NCBI GenBank assembly: GCA_958448705.1 | Contig: CAUDEY010000003.1 | Span: 76,518 to 140,517, forward strand | DNA: 64,000 nt | From: an uncultured Clostridia bacterium | Lineage (GTDB): Bacteria > Bacillota > Clostridia > Christensenellales > QALW01 | Reading direction: 5' to 3' | Part shown: one piece after another, positions 29,029 to 39,630 of the stretch | Layout: every line of letters begins with the position of its first letter | How positions within the stretch are numbered: position 1 is the first letter of the stretch | Program-made: the position numbers and the translations under genes | The notes under the pieces: model-generated | The model's input: the letters and a program-made list of their open reading frames with translations, nothing else | Told to the model about the DNA's origin: nothing | Database searches by the model: none

Positions 29029-29801
29029 TACTCGTTTTAGATATCGGAAACACCAATATAAAAGCCGGTATATATGAAGGCGAAAAACTTGCCGCCACCT
29101 GGCGTATATCGACAGATTTAAGAAAGACCAGCGATGAATACGGCGTCGCTCTGGTAGCTATGCTGCAAGCAAGAGCGATTGATCCCGACAGGATAACCGG
29201 AATCATCCTGTCTTCCGTAGTACCGGCAATCAATTTTACCATTGAGCACACGTTAAGGGATTATCTGCATAAAAAACCGCTTGTCGTAGGGGCAGGCATA
29301 AAAACCGGTTTAAATATACGCACCAATAATGCCAGAGAAATCGGCGGTGATATTATCTGTGATACGGTATCGGCCTTTCAGCGTTACGGCGGACCGTGCA
29401 TTACCATTGATTTCGGCACCGCTACTACAATGTTCATTACCTCCGATACGGCGGAAATCTTAGGCGGATGTATTCTGCCGGGTGTACGGGTATCGTCCGA
29501 TGCTATTTCAAACCGCGCGGCAAACTTGCCGGCGGTAGCCTTGGAGCTGCCTGAAAGCGTGATCGGCAAAAACACCATCACCTGTATGCAGGCAGGTCTG
29601 CTTTACGGCTATATCGGGCAGATTGAATATCTGATCAAAAAAATGAAAGCTGAAGCCGGCTTTCCACAAGCCAAGGTCATTGCTACCGGAGGACTTGCGA
29701 AAGCCATTGCCGACCATACTGACGCAATCGACGTAGTGGATTCCAAGCTGACGCTTGAAGGCCTGCGTTTGATTTACAATATGAACAAAGAAGGGAAATA
29801 A
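29025..29801 (+). CDS. coaX: Type III pantothenate kinase
   Basis: Starts MILVLDIGNTNIKAGIY, has an ASKHA fold pattern, 258 aa. Confidence 0.92.
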   Translation: MILVLDIGNTNIKAGIYEGEKLAATWRISTDLRKTSDEYGVALVAMLQARAIDPDRITGIILSSVVPAINFTIEHTLRDYLHKKPLVVGAGIKTGLNIRTNNAREIGGDIICDTVSAFQRYGGPCITIDFGTATTMFITSDTAEILGGCILPGVRVSSDAISNRAANLPAVALELPESVIGKNTITCMQAGLLYGYIGQIEYLIKKMKAEAGFPQAKVIATGGLAKAIADHTDAIDVVDSKLTLEGLRLIYNMNKEGK

Positions 29802-29802
29802 C

Positions 29803-31575
29803 ATGGAAAAGGGAAAAATTTCGGTAAATTCCGACAACTTAATGCCGATCATCAAAAAATGGCTGTACAGCGACAGGGATATTTTTATCCGTGAGCTGGT
29901 ATCCAACGGCGTAGACGCCATCAGCAAATACAAAAAGCTGGTGCAATTGGGCAATGCCAAGGAGCAGGAATCCTATCGGGTAACCATCACTGCCGACAAG
30001 GATGCGGGAACGCTCCGTTTTGCCGATAACGGCATCGGCATGACAAAGGAAGAGGTTGAAAAATATATCAATCAAGTTGCTTTTTCCGGCGCGGCAGATT
30101 TTTTGGAGAAGTATGAATCCAGCGGAAGCTCTGCTATTATCGGGCATTTCGGCCTGGGCTTTTATTCGGCCTTTATGGTTGCCGATAAGGTAACCATTGA
30201 AACGCTGTCTTACCAGGAAGGTGCCTCTGCCGTACTTTGGGAAAGCGACGGCAGCGATGAATATACGATTTCCGATTGTGAAAAATCCCAGTGCGGTACA
30301 ATCATTACCTTGTACTTAAACGATGAGAGTAAAGACTTTGCACAGAATACGACCGTTCGTGAAGTTCTGCAAAAATATTGTGCCTTTATGCCCGTAGATA
30401 TTCTTCTCAGCGGCGAAAATGAGGAAAAGCCGATCAACGATACTGCTCCGCTGTGGCTGAAGGCTCCTGCGGAATGTACCGAGGAGGAATACAAGGCTTT
30501 CTATCATAAGGTTTTTACGGATTTTAACGATCCTCTTTTCTGGATTCATCTGAATGTGGACTATCCCTTTAATCTAAAGGGCATCGTCTACTTCCCCAAG
30601 CTGACGGAGAATCCGGAAAGCATTCAGGGACAGATCAAGCTGTATAACAACCAGGTCTTTGTAGCCGATAATATTAAGGAGATCATCCCCGAATTCTTGA
30701 TGCTGCTCAAAGGCGTGATCGATTGCCCCGACATGCCGCTGAACGTTTCCAGAAGCTTTTTGCAGAATGACCGCACCGTGGCCAGAATCAGCGGCCATAT
30801 TACCAAAAAGATCGCCGATAGACTTTGCAGCATGGCAAAGGATGAGACGGAACTGTATGAAAAATATTGGGAGGATATCAACGTATTTATCAAATACGGC
30901 TGTATGCGCGATGCCAAATTTGACGAGCGCATGAAAGAAAATATCATTTACAAAACTACCGGCGGCGAATATACCACGCTTGCAAAATACTTAGAGGGCA
31001 GTGAGGATAAAAAGGTATACTATGCCGCCGATGAAAAAAAGCAGGCCCAGTATATTGCTATGCTCAAGGAAGCGGGAAAATCCGCGCTTCTGATGGGAGG
31101 CATGCTGGATATCCCCTTTATGCAGCATATAGAAATGCAGAACCCCGGCGTACACTTTACACGTGTGGATGCCGAGCTTGCCGGAAGCAGCGACGCGGAG
31201 AATCATTTATTTGAAAAGCTTTGCGAATACACAAAAGATACGGTAAAAGCGGAAAACACCGAGGTAAAAGCGGAAAAGCTTGCCGGAAGCCTGCCGGCGG
31301 TACTGCTGGCAGATGAATTCGGCCGCCGGATGGAGGAAGCACAGCGCTATTACGGAATGCCGGCGATGGGCGGTATGCTGAAGTATACATTAGTACTCAA
31401 TACCGCCAGTCCGTTGATCGAAAGCCTGAATACGATGGAGGACGGTTCCGCAAAAGAGAATGCTGTAAAATATGTATATGACCTTGCGCGTCTTGCCTAC
31501 GGTTCTCTTTCGGCAGAAGATGTAACCGGTTTTATCAAGGAAAGTGCCGCAATATTAGAAAAGACCTTAAAATAG
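29803..31575 (+). CDS. htpG: Molecular chaperone HtpG (Hsp90 family)
   Basis: GHKL ATPase N-domain motifs (IFIRELVSNGVDA, DNGIGMT, GHFGLGFYS). 590 aa. Confidence 0.92.
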   Translation: MEKGKISVNSDNLMPIIKKWLYSDRDIFIRELVSNGVDAISKYKKLVQLGNAKEQESYRVTITADKDAGTLRFADNGIGMTKEEVEKYINQVAFSGAADFLEKYESSGSSAIIGHFGLGFYSAFMVADKVTIETLSYQEGASAVLWESDGSDEYTISDCEKSQCGTIITLYLNDESKDFAQNTTVREVLQKYCAFMPVDILLSGENEEKPINDTAPLWLKAPAECTEEEYKAFYHKVFTDFNDPLFWIHLNVDYPFNLKGIVYFPKLTENPESIQGQIKLYNNQVFVADNIKEIIPEFLMLLKGVIDCPDMPLNVSRSFLQNDRTVARISGHITKKIADRLCSMAKDETELYEKYWEDINVFIKYGCMRDAKFDERMKENIIYKTTGGEYTTLAKYLEGSEDKKVYYAADEKKQAQYIAMLKEAGKSALLMGGMLDIPFMQHIEMQNPGVHFTRVDAELAGSSDAENHLFEKLCEYTKDTVKAENTEVKAEKLAGSLPAVLLADEFGRRMEEAQRYYGMPAMGGMLKYTLVLNTASPLIESLNTMEDGSAKENAVKYVYDLARLAYGSLSAEDVTGFIKESAAILEKTLK

Positions 31576-31600
31576 CGGCAGATAAACATTGCCATCATAA

Positions 31601-31645
31601 AAAACAAGGAAGCCTTCTCTATAGGAGAAGGCTTCCTTTATTTAT
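31601..31645. terminator. Bidirectional terminator shared by htpG and glnS
   Basis: Perfect 14-bp stem (31606-31619 with 31625-31638), an A-run before and a T-run after. It overlaps the glnS stop codon. Confidence 0.85.
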
Positions 31646-33287
31646 TCAGCTTTGCCCAAGTATCCCGCAATCCTACAATGCGGTTAAATACCGGCTTTTC
31701 ATCGCTGTCCTCATCCTTGCGAAAGTATCCCATACGAATAAACTGGAAAGAATCTCCTACCTCTGCATGCTCCAGCGATTTTTCCGCCACTCCCTGTTTT
31801 ACAATCAGAGAATCGGGATTCACACGCTCGGAAAAATCCAGATCTTCTCCTTCACGCTCATCCAAAAGATAATCATAAAGTCTAAATTCTGCAGGAATAC
31901 AGTGATTCGCATCTACCCAGTGCAGTGTTCCTTTGACCTTGCGTTCCGCTCCGGCACAGCCGGATTTCGTATCCGGATCATACTCGCAATGCACCTCATA
32001 CACCACGCCGTTTTCATCCGTTTTAAAGCCGGTACATTTTACAATATAAGCTGATTTCAACCTTACCTCACCGCCTACAAAAAGCCGGAAAAATTTTTTC
32101 GGCGGATCGATCATAAAATCCTCCCGTTCAATATATAACTCACGCGAGAAGCTGACTTCACGGCTGCCTAAAGCCTCATCACTGTGATTTTCAGTCAAAA
32201 GCAGCTCTCTTTTGCCCTCCGGATAATTATCGATTACTAAACGGATAGGATCCAGCACAGCCATTTTCCGCATTGTTTTTGCCGCAAGGTCCTCACGGAC
32301 ACAATGCTCCAGCAAGGCTGCCTCCACTACGGAATTACTTTTGGCTACGCCGATGCGGTCGCAGAAATCACGGATGGCCTCCGGCGTATACCCCCGGCGG
32401 CGCAGACCTGCAATCGTAGGCATACGCGGGTCGTCCCAGCCGCTTACGCTTTTTTCCTCCACAAGCTTTTTCAAATAGCGCTTGCTCATAATGGTGCGCG
32501 TCATATTCAGCCGGGCAAATTCAATCTGCCGAGGCTTGGCCGGCAGCTCCACATTTTCAACCACCCAATCATACAGCGGCCGGTGGTCCTCAAACTCCAG
32601 CGTACAGATGGAATGAGTCACATTTTCCATCATATCTTCAATCGGATGCGCATAATCGTACATAGGATAAATGCACCAATCGTTGCCGGTGCGATAATGC
32701 TCCATGCGCAGAATACGGTAAAGGATCGGGTCCCGCATATTGATATTGGGCGAAGCCATATCAATTTTAGCACGCAAAACTTTTGCGCCGTCCGCAAACT
32801 CACCCGCGCGCATCCGACGGAACAAATCCAAATTTTCTTCTACGCTGCGATTGCGGTAAGGACTCTCTTCTCCCGGCTGCGTCAAGGTTCCGCGTTTTTC
32901 CTTGATCTGTTCGGCACTCATATCGCAAACGAACGCCAGCCCTTTTTGTATCAGTACTTCCGCCTGCTTGTACATCTCTTCAAAATAATCCGCGGCATAA
33001 CAGAGTTTATCATATTCAAATCCCAGCCACTTTACATCCTGTGCGATAGCCTCCACGTAAAAATTGTCTTCTTTTGCCGGGTTGGTATCATCCATGCGCA
33101 GATTGCATGTCCCTCCGTACTTTTTTGCAATACCGAAATCCACACAAATCGCCTTTGCGTGGCCAATGTGCAGATATCCGTTCGGCTCCGGCGGAAAACG
33201 CGTAACGATTTTCAAATTTCCCTCATTTTGCGCCAGGTCCTGTTCTACAATTTCCTGTATAAAATTCCGTTTTAATTCCTCTGCCAT
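31638..33287 (-). CDS. glnS: Glutamine--tRNA ligase
   Basis: [17 protein letters not shown] (HIGH), IMSKR (KMSKS-type), and DDTNP. Closely resembles E. coli GlnS N-terminal motifs as I recall them. Confidence 0.93.
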   Translation of the reverse strand: MAEELKRNFIQEIVEQDLAQNEGNLKIVTRFPPEPNGYLHIGHAKAICVDFGIAKKYGGTCNLRMDDTNPAKEDNFYVEAIAQDVKWLGFEYDKLCYAADYFEEMYKQAEVLIQKGLAFVCDMSAEQIKEKRGTLTQPGEESPYRNRSVEENLDLFRRMRAGEFADGAKVLRAKIDMASPNINMRDPILYRILRMEHYRTGNDWCIYPMYDYAHPIEDMMENVTHSICTLEFEDHRPLYDWVVENVELPAKPRQIEFARLNMTRTIMSKRYLKKLVEEKSVSGWDDPRMPTIAGLRRRGYTPEAIRDFCDRIGVAKSNSVVEAALLEHCVREDLAAKTMRKMAVLDPIRLVIDNYPEGKRELLLTENHSDEALGSREVSFSRELYIEREDFMIDPPKKFFRLFVGGEVRLKSAYIVKCTGFKTDENGVVYEVHCEYDPDTKSGCAGAERKVKGTLHWVDANHCIPAEFRLYDYLLDEREGEDLDFSERVNPDSLIVKQGVAEKSLEHAEVGDSFQFIRMGYFRKDEDSDEKPVFNRIVGLRDTWAKLNK

Positions 33288-33323
33288 TCTCTCCGCATCC
33301 CTTTTTGAATTTGATATATCGTT

Positions 33324-33352
33324 ATTGTATCATCATGCCGATATTTTTGCAA
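33324..33352 (-). promoter_or_regulatory. glnS promoter TTGCAA-17-TACAAT
   Basis: On the minus strand, -35 is at 33347-33352 and -10 at 33324-33329. Confidence 0.5.
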
Positions 33353-33360
33353 TTAGTTTA

Positions 33361-33389
33361 TTGACGATTTCATTCGATAATACTATAAT
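33361..33389 (+). promoter_or_regulatory. Promoter TTGACG-17-TATAAT for the yqeY-like gene
   Basis: -35 at 33361-33366 and -10 at 33384-33389. Confidence 0.6.
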
Positions 33390-33425
33390 GATAATAAATA
33401 ATTTTTAGCCGCAGGAGGAATAACG

Positions 33426-33863
33426 ATGAAATTTGAAGAACTGCAAAAAGAAATGATCGCCGCCATGAAGGCAAAGGATAAAACAAAAAAAGATGCGCTT
33501 TCTTCCCTGATTGCCGCAGTTAAAAAAGTTGCCATTGATGACGGTGTACGGGAGAATATTCCGGAAGAACTGGTGAACCGTGTCATCCTTAAGGAAGTCA
33601 AATCTCTGCAGGAGCAGGTAGATACCTGCCCGAAAGGACGCACGGATCTTTTAGAAGAATACGCCGCAAAGCTGAGCATCGTAAAGACCTATGCACCCGA
33701 AATGATGGATGCAGAACAGATCAAGGCCTTTTTAGAGGCGAACTGCGCCGAGCTGATTCAGCAAAAAAACAAAGGAATGATCATGCGCACAGCGATGGCG
33801 CAGCTCAAGGGAAAGGCTGACGGCAAGCTGATCAACCAAATCGTTGCCGAACTGTGCAAATAA
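33426..33863 (+). CDS. GatB/YqeY domain-containing protein
   Basis: 145 aa starting MKFEELQKEMIAAMKAKDK... and ending ...GKADGKLINQIVAE, typical of YqeY. Confidence 0.85.
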   Translation: MKFEELQKEMIAAMKAKDKTKKDALSSLIAAVKKVAIDDGVRENIPEELVNRVILKEVKSLQEQVDTCPKGRTDLLEEYAAKLSIVKTYAPEMMDAEQIKAFLEANCAELIQQKNKGMIMRTAMAQLKGKADGKLINQIVAELCK

Positions 33864-34103
33864 AGGTATAGAAGCTTTGCTTTACCTGCATCTTACTATT
33901 ATCCAAAATGAATAAAGCTGTAAAAACAAGGCCGTCTTCATTAACAAATGAACGGTCTTTTTACAAAATTGTTTTCTGCAAAATACATCCAAGATTCCCC
34001 TGAAAAAGCTCTATTTTATTGTTCAAAAGCCCCCTTGCAATAATTTTGAAACTCTTCTGCCAAATATAATTCGCATTTTTTACCGTTTTTGTGCCTTAAT
34101 ATA

Positions 34104-34132
34104 TTGACAGTCGGCGGCGCAAACGTTATACT
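34104..34132 (+). promoter_or_regulatory. Promoter TTGACA-17-TATACT
   Basis: -35 at 34104-34109 and -10 at 34127-34132. Confidence 0.55.
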
Positions 34133-34192
34133 TACAACCAGAAAGGTCAATTTTTATACAAACTTATTTAATACTTTAAGGAGGCCTTAAAT

Positions 34193-35137
34193 ATGGTTGG
34201 TTCAGCTATGAAAAAATTTGCTGCCGAAAACGGCATGGCAATAAAAGACGGAATAGCTTTCGGAAATTATCATGGATACATGATGTCCATGGAAGAAGGC
34301 GTAGGCTGGAAGGCAATTTCCTTTGCTGTACGTTTTGAAGATGAAAATGCGCAAAATGCGTTGCTTGGCTTTTTAAATGATCCGGCAATAAAAAAGCAAT
34401 ATCGAATCAGCGAGGTTTTTGCCGCCACAAATTCTGTTAGAATTACATTTGCGGATAATCCCGGTACTAGGAAACGCATTGCCGAAATAAGTAATATAAT
34501 ATGTGATAAATTCATATCTTCCGGCGGTATAGGTATCACGCACTGCAGCTCCTGCGGCAGGGAAATAAACGGTACTGGTGTTCCCGCTGCAATGAGCGGC
34601 ATGGTGTTTTTTATGCACGAGGACTGTCTACAAAAAGATGCCGAGCACCTCAGCGGCATACAGGAGGAAACCAAGAAAAAGGGAAATGTGGTAACGGGCT
34701 CTATCGGTGCACTTTTAGGCGCACTAATCGGTGCGATTCCGTGGGCACTTGCGTATTCCGCCGGCTGGTTTGTCACACTGATCGGATTTCTTATCGGATT
34801 CCTTGCAAAAAAGGGATACGAACTTTTCAACGGAAAAGAAAGCCGGGCAAAAGGTATTATAATCCTTCTTGTTACAATCATCGGCGTAGCCGCCGGTACC
34901 TTGGGTGGAGTTGTTTGGAGTGCCCATCAGGCATGGAGCAGTCATGATCTTACTTTTTCTGAAGAATGCTACATCCTTTCGCTATTGCTTACCGAAAATA
35001 CGGGAGGCATTTTAACTGATTTAATTTTGGATTTTGTTATGGGCCTTGTATTTGCCTGTCTTGGCGTTTATAATACAATACTTTCTATATTTAAATCAAC
35101 AAACAAAAAGACAAATACGCTTACAAGATTGGATTAA
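34193..35137 (+). CDS. Hypothetical membrane protein (soluble N-domain with CxxC...HxxC, about 4 C-terminal TM helices)
   Basis: AAGGAGG RBS 8 nt upstream. Contains HCSSCGREI...FMHEDC followed by hydrophobic helices from about aa 180. No family recognised. Confidence 0.6.
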   Translation: MVGSAMKKFAAENGMAIKDGIAFGNYHGYMMSMEEGVGWKAISFAVRFEDENAQNALLGFLNDPAIKKQYRISEVFAATNSVRITFADNPGTRKRIAEISNIICDKFISSGGIGITHCSSCGREINGTGVPAAMSGMVFFMHEDCLQKDAEHLSGIQEETKKKGNVVTGSIGALLGALIGAIPWALAYSAGWFVTLIGFLIGFLAKKGYELFNGKESRAKGIIILLVTIIGVAAGTLGGVVWSAHQAWSSHDLTFSEECYILSLLLTENTGGILTDLILDFVMGLVFACLGVYNTILSIFKSTNKKTNTLTRLD

Positions 35138-35372
35138 AAAGCAAAAGAGGCTGTCCGCTTCTTTTGTTTAAAAGCTCTTTCTCTCTGTAACATGCCGCTT
35201 TCCGGAATCACAGCCTGGAACTCTCGAACGAAAAAAAACTGCCCCTAAAGGCCGCAAAAGCCACACCGCCGCAAAAAACACGCTTGCTTTTCTTCTAAAA
35301 CCAAACCAGCTACGTCCGTAATACCACATAAAAAGAATGCGGCTCCATATGCGGAAGCCGCACTGTTATTTT

Positions 35373-36257
35373 TTAAAGATCTTCCGAACAAACGTTCTCT
35401 TTTTCCAAATTGCTTTTCAGAATACGGCTGCGCAGCTCCTTCAGCACTTCACACTCTAAGATTTCTGCCTGCCGCCGCAGCTGCGGCGGCAGCTTTGAAG
35501 CAACGTTGCTTTCGCTGTTTAATGTTCCGCTATAGCCATACGTCCGCAGGGCGGAAACAAAATCCTGCCAATCACCGATGCCCGTATAAGGCAATCCATG
35601 AGCATCAATCCCTGCAAAAGTATCGTGCACATGCAGCACCTTAATCTTATCCTCTAACAATGCAAAAAAAGCGCTGATCGTTTCTCCTACTGAAAACGCA
35701 TGGCCGGTATCCAGGCATACAAACAGCCGTGCACTGCGAACCTGCTGCAAAATTTCCTGCATTTGTGCAGGAGCAGTTAAAAATCCCCGTTTCCCCGGAA
35801 GATTTTCCAATGCAATATCTACATCATATTTTTCTGCTTCTTCAGTTAAGCGCTCTAAATGACGCAAATTCAACGCAAACGTCTTTGCTCTGTCAGGATC
35901 ATCCCACTGCCAAGCATAAATAATCGGATGCACTACGGTATAGGGAATCCCAAGTTTTTTTGCCCCTCGAATACACCGCAGAATACATTCCTCACGTTCC
36001 TCCAGTGCTTCCTGTGAAAAACCGTACCAGCCTTTATCAAATACCGGCGCGTGGCACTGCCCGATAACAAGGCCCGCTTTTTGTACATGATTTACTATCC
36101 GTTCAAAATACGGCATAGATTTCTTTTCCGGTTTCAGCCACAAATCTGTACGTGCAGTTTCATTTAAATCAACCGCCTCATATCCAACTTCCTTAAGCAA
36201 ATAAAAATACTCTGCGGATCCTTTATATCTCATATCAGAATTTCTGCTTAACAGCAT
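35373..36257 (-). CDS. Sugar phosphate isomerase/epimerase (xylose isomerase-like TIM barrel)
   Basis: Pattern typical of the AP endonuclease 2/xylose isomerase-like barrel (…IALENLPG…, CLDTGHA, …LHVHD…). Confidence 0.7.
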   Translation of the reverse strand: MLLSRNSDMRYKGSAEYFYLLKEVGYEAVDLNETARTDLWLKPEKKSMPYFERIVNHVQKAGLVIGQCHAPVFDKGWYGFSQEALEEREECILRCIRGAKKLGIPYTVVHPIIYAWQWDDPDRAKTFALNLRHLERLTEEAEKYDVDIALENLPGKRGFLTAPAQMQEILQQVRSARLFVCLDTGHAFSVGETISAFFALLEDKIKVLHVHDTFAGIDAHGLPYTGIGDWQDFVSALRTYGYSGTLNSESNVASKLPPQLRRQAEILECEVLKELRSRILKSNLEKENVCSEDL

Positions 36258-36270
36258 CGTAAATTCCCCC

Positions 36271-36927
36271 TTAATACAGCAAAACTTTTTTTTGAAATAC
36301 TACCCGGTGCTTTTCATCGATTTCCCTGTCTTCATGCCGATGTCCAGAAAACCAACGTTTAAAGGTCACATTAGCATCAATAAAACGATTCAGCTGAAAT
36401 AATTCGTATTCCGGCTGCCCCTCACAGACAAAGCACTGATTGCAAAAATATTTATGTGTTAGGATATAATCCACTTGATAGTTTGCTTTTTTTAAATTTT
36501 TATAGGCTTGCTCCAGCTCTGCACTGCTGGGCAGATCTCCCTCATGCCATAAGCCTTTCGCTTTCCAGCCTGCACTGCTGTCACAACCGCCAAACACAAA
36601 AAAACTATGCCCTTGTATTTGATATAGTTCTCCTCTTTTCAAATGTACAACATTTTTTGCCAGCCGGTTAACGGTGCCTCCCATCCACTCCTCTTCCCGT
36701 GCCTGATTCAAGTATGCATAATTTTCATGATTGCCGTCAACAATAGCAATCGGATAATCTCTTGACAGCAGCCACCGGCTGAAATTTTCATATTTCGGAG
36801 CAGAAGCAAGCTTGAGGCAAGTATCCCCTAAGAGAATCAGCAAATTGTTTTTCTTATCCACAGGATGAAAATCCTGCAGATCTCCCAAAAATTCATCTGC
36901 ATGGTTATCACTTAAAAAATAAATCAC
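36271..36927 (-). CDS. Metallophosphoesterase
   Basis: Motifs SDNHAD, GDTC, GNHENY and GHRHED in the canonical order. Confidence 0.8.
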   Translation of the reverse strand: MIYFLSDNHADEFLGDLQDFHPVDKKNNLLILLGDTCLKLASAPKYENFSRWLLSRDYPIAIVDGNHENYAYLNQAREEEWMGGTVNRLAKNVVHLKRGELYQIQGHSFFVFGGCDSSAGWKAKGLWHEGDLPSSAELEQAYKNLKKANYQVDYILTHKYFCNQCFVCEGQPEYELFQLNRFIDANVTFKRWFSGHRHEDREIDEKHRVVFQKKVLLY

Positions 36928-37134
36928 CGCTGTACACTCCCTATATAGGATGTTTTTATTTTACCATATACTGCATAAAAAATCAAGGCAGTATCTAAAA
37001 TTTTAATTTTATGTTCATATAAACATATATGCATTAATATGATATTCTCCAACTTTCTTGTTTTCAGTACCCGATAAAGCCTTCCTTCTGCCGGAAACTC
37101 CCTTCCCCAAGGGTGCTTAATTCCTTTTTATTGC

Positions 37135-37183
37135 CAAAATAAAAAAATACGCATTCCAGCATTAAACTTTTCCGATGCGTATT
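37135..37183 (-). terminator. Intrinsic terminator ending the long truA-containing operon
   Basis: 9-bp stem AATACGCAT (37146-54) pairs with ATGCGTATT (37175-83), with a long T-run on the minus strand. The loop is large (20 nt). Confidence 0.6.
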
Positions 37184-37224
37184 ATTTGTCTCTTCTAAAC
37201 AGAGGTCTGCGGCAGTATCACTTC

Positions 37225-37956
37225 TTAATAAAACACTTCATCCATAATCAATCCCTTGGCCTCAGCCGTCATACCGGCTTCTTTTCTTTTAGCACCCGCA
37301 ATAATGTCCGCTACCTGTGCGGGCGTTTTTTTTCCTTTCCCCACTTCAATCAGCGTACCGGCAATAATGCGTACCATATTATATAAAAAGCCGTTTCCCT
37401 CAACGGTAATTTTGATCTGTTCCTCGTGTTTTTCCACATCTAACCGAAAAATCGTACGCACAGTTGTTTTCACACTGCTGCCAGCCGCACAAAACGCTGC
37501 AAAATCATGGGTTCCTTTTATTTGTTCCGCAGCAAGACGCATAGAATCAATATCCAACTTCTCTGGCACATGCATAGAAAACCGTCCCCACAATGCCGAA
37601 GCATGCGGCTCGTTATCAATAAAATAAACATACCGCTTTCCCTTGGCACTAAAGCGGCAGTGAAAGCCTTCCGGCGCCTGCCAGCTTTTTTTTACGCGGA
37701 TATCCCCGGGCAGCTTGGCGTTTAATATAAACGAAAACTTATGCGCCGGAATTGTACTTTCGATATCAAAATGCGCGCACTGCCCGCGGGCGTGTACGCC
37801 GCTATCGGTACGGCCGGCGCCGCACACGGCAATCGGCCCTTTGCCTAAAGAAAGCAAAGCTTCCTCCAGCTTTTGCTGAACGGTGACGGCATTCTTCTGC
37901 CGCTGCCACCCGGCATACGCGGTACCCTCATATTCTACAAGCATTGCAATCCGCAT
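37225..37956 (-). CDS. truA: tRNA pseudouridine(38-40) synthase
   Basis: Starts MRIAMLVEYEGTAYAGWQRQ and has a catalytic GAGRTDSGVHA motif. Confidence 0.95.
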   Translation of the reverse strand: MRIAMLVEYEGTAYAGWQRQKNAVTVQQKLEEALLSLGKGPIAVCGAGRTDSGVHARGQCAHFDIESTIPAHKFSFILNAKLPGDIRVKKSWQAPEGFHCRFSAKGKRYVYFIDNEPHASALWGRFSMHVPEKLDIDSMRLAAEQIKGTHDFAAFCAAGSSVKTTVRTIFRLDVEKHEEQIKITVEGNGFLYNMVRIIAGTLIEVGKGKKTPAQVADIIAGAKRKEAGMTAEAKGLIMDEVFY

Positions 37957-37957
37957 A

Positions 37958-38785
37958 TCAACCTGCCAAATACGGCAAAATATTTGCCAAAATAAGTTTA
38001 TCTGCCAAAATAGCAGCTACAAACAACAGCATCACGCCTACGGCCGCCAAATCTCTATATTGAAACTTTAGGATTTTCAACCGGGTTCTTCCCTCTCCGC
38101 CGTGATAGCATCGCGCCTCCATCGCCATCGCCAGTTCTTCCGCCCGGCGGAATGCACTTACAAACAGTGGAATCAGCAGCGGTACGACCGCCTTAGCCCG
38201 TTTCACCAAGCCTCCTTCATCAAACACAGCGCCGCGTGCCGCCTGTGCTTTCATAATTTTATCGGTTTCTTCTGTCAGGGTGGGAATAAACCGCAGGGCG
38301 ATACTCATCATCATAGCAATTTCATGGGCAGGAAAGCCGATGATTTTTAAGGGAGAAAGCAGGCTTTCTATTCCATCGGTAAGCTCAATAGGCGATGTGG
38401 TAAGCGTCAGCAGTCCCGCACCGGTAACCAGCAGCATCAGCCGCAGTGCCATAAACGCTGCGCGAATCAAACCACCGTCGGTAATACGAATAAACCATAC
38501 TTCAATCAAAACATTCCCCGCCGAATAAAAGAATATGTTTAAAACAAACGTAAAAATTAATAAAAAATAGACCGCTTTTAACCCCTTAAGCATATTTTTA
38601 AGCGGAATATGCGCCAAACAAGCAACCAATACGATAAATAAAGCGGAAACTCCAAAGCCAATAAATGTTCCGCAGAGAAACACAAATACTACCAACACGA
38701 TCGTACATAAAATTTTTGTGCGCGGATCCAACGAATGGATTGGACTTTCCACGGGATAAAACTGTCCTAATGTAATATCCTTCAT
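37958..38785 (-). CDS. ecfT: ECF transporter transmembrane component
   Basis: Polytopic 275-aa protein with the conserved ARG coupling motifs (KAQAARGAVF). Sits between ecfA2 and truA. Confidence 0.9.
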   Translation of the reverse strand: MKDITLGQFYPVESPIHSLDPRTKILCTIVLVVFVFLCGTFIGFGVSALFIVLVACLAHIPLKNMLKGLKAVYFLLIFTFVLNIFFYSAGNVLIEVWFIRITDGGLIRAAFMALRLMLLVTGAGLLTLTTSPIELTDGIESLLSPLKIIGFPAHEIAMMMSIALRFIPTLTEETDKIMKAQAARGAVFDEGGLVKRAKAVVPLLIPLFVSAFRRAEELAMAMEARCYHGGEGRTRLKILKFQYRDLAAVGVMLLFVAAILADKLILANILPYLAG

Positions 38786-39630
38786 TTTTTCTCCCCCGTA
38801 ATATAAGCAACGAGTTCCTCACTGCGGCAAATAGAAGCGGGAATATTTTTTCCCTTTTCATTCAGCCGCTGCACCAGCCTGCTTACAACCGGCAATCCCA
38901 AGCCTAAAGCCGCAATTTTCTCCTGATGAGAAAAGATTTCTGTGGGTGTACCATCCATTGCCTTTTTCCCCTTATGCATAACAATTACTCTGTCAGCAAC
39001 CTTCACAATGTCATCCATATTGTGAGAAATCATGATTACGGTAGCACTGTTTTTTTTACGGTACTTCTCAATCACCTCTAAAATTTCACGTTTCCCTTTC
39101 GGATCAAGCCCGGCAATCGGCTCATCCAGCACCAAAAGTTTCGGCCGCATGGAAAGCACGCCTGCAATCGCCGCACGACGCTTCTGTCCGCCGGAAAGCT
39201 CAAAGGGAGAGCTCTTACGCAGCGCTTGCTCCAGCCCTACCATCTCCATACTTTCGGAAATACATTGTTCAATCTCCTCCGGTGAAAATCCTAAGTTTTT
39301 AGGGCCGAAAGCAATATCTTCCTCAACAGTCTGTTCAAACAACTGATATTCCGGATACTGAAACACCATTCCTACCCGACGCCGCAGCAGCTTTAAATCC
39401 GGCTTCTTTTCCAGCAGGTCCACACCCTCTATGATCATTTTTTCACAGCTGCTGGGCTTTAATATACCGTTAAAATGTTGTACCAGCGTACTCTTTCCAC
39501 TGCCGGTATGGCCGATAATGCAAACATATTCACCGTCCTCCACCGTAAGGCTCACATCCTCCAGCGCAGCTACCGAAAACGGAGAATCCGGGTTATATAC
39601 ATGGTTCAAGTGGTTTATATAAATTGACAT
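38782..39630 (-). CDS. ecfA2: ECF transporter ATPase
   Basis: Walker A GHTGSGKST, signature LSGGQKRR, Walker B LLVLDEP. Confidence 0.9.
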   Translation of the reverse strand: MSIYINHLNHVYNPDSPFSVAALEDVSLTVEDGEYVCIIGHTGSGKSTLVQHFNGILKPSSCEKMIIEGVDLLEKKPDLKLLRRRVGMVFQYPEYQLFEQTVEEDIAFGPKNLGFSPEEIEQCISESMEMVGLEQALRKSSPFELSGGQKRRAAIAGVLSMRPKLLVLDEPIAGLDPKGKREILEVIEKYRKKNSATVIMISHNMDDIVKVADRVIVMHKGKKAMDGTPTEIFSHQEKIAALGLGLPVVSRLVQRLNEKGKNIPASICRSEELVAYITGEKK

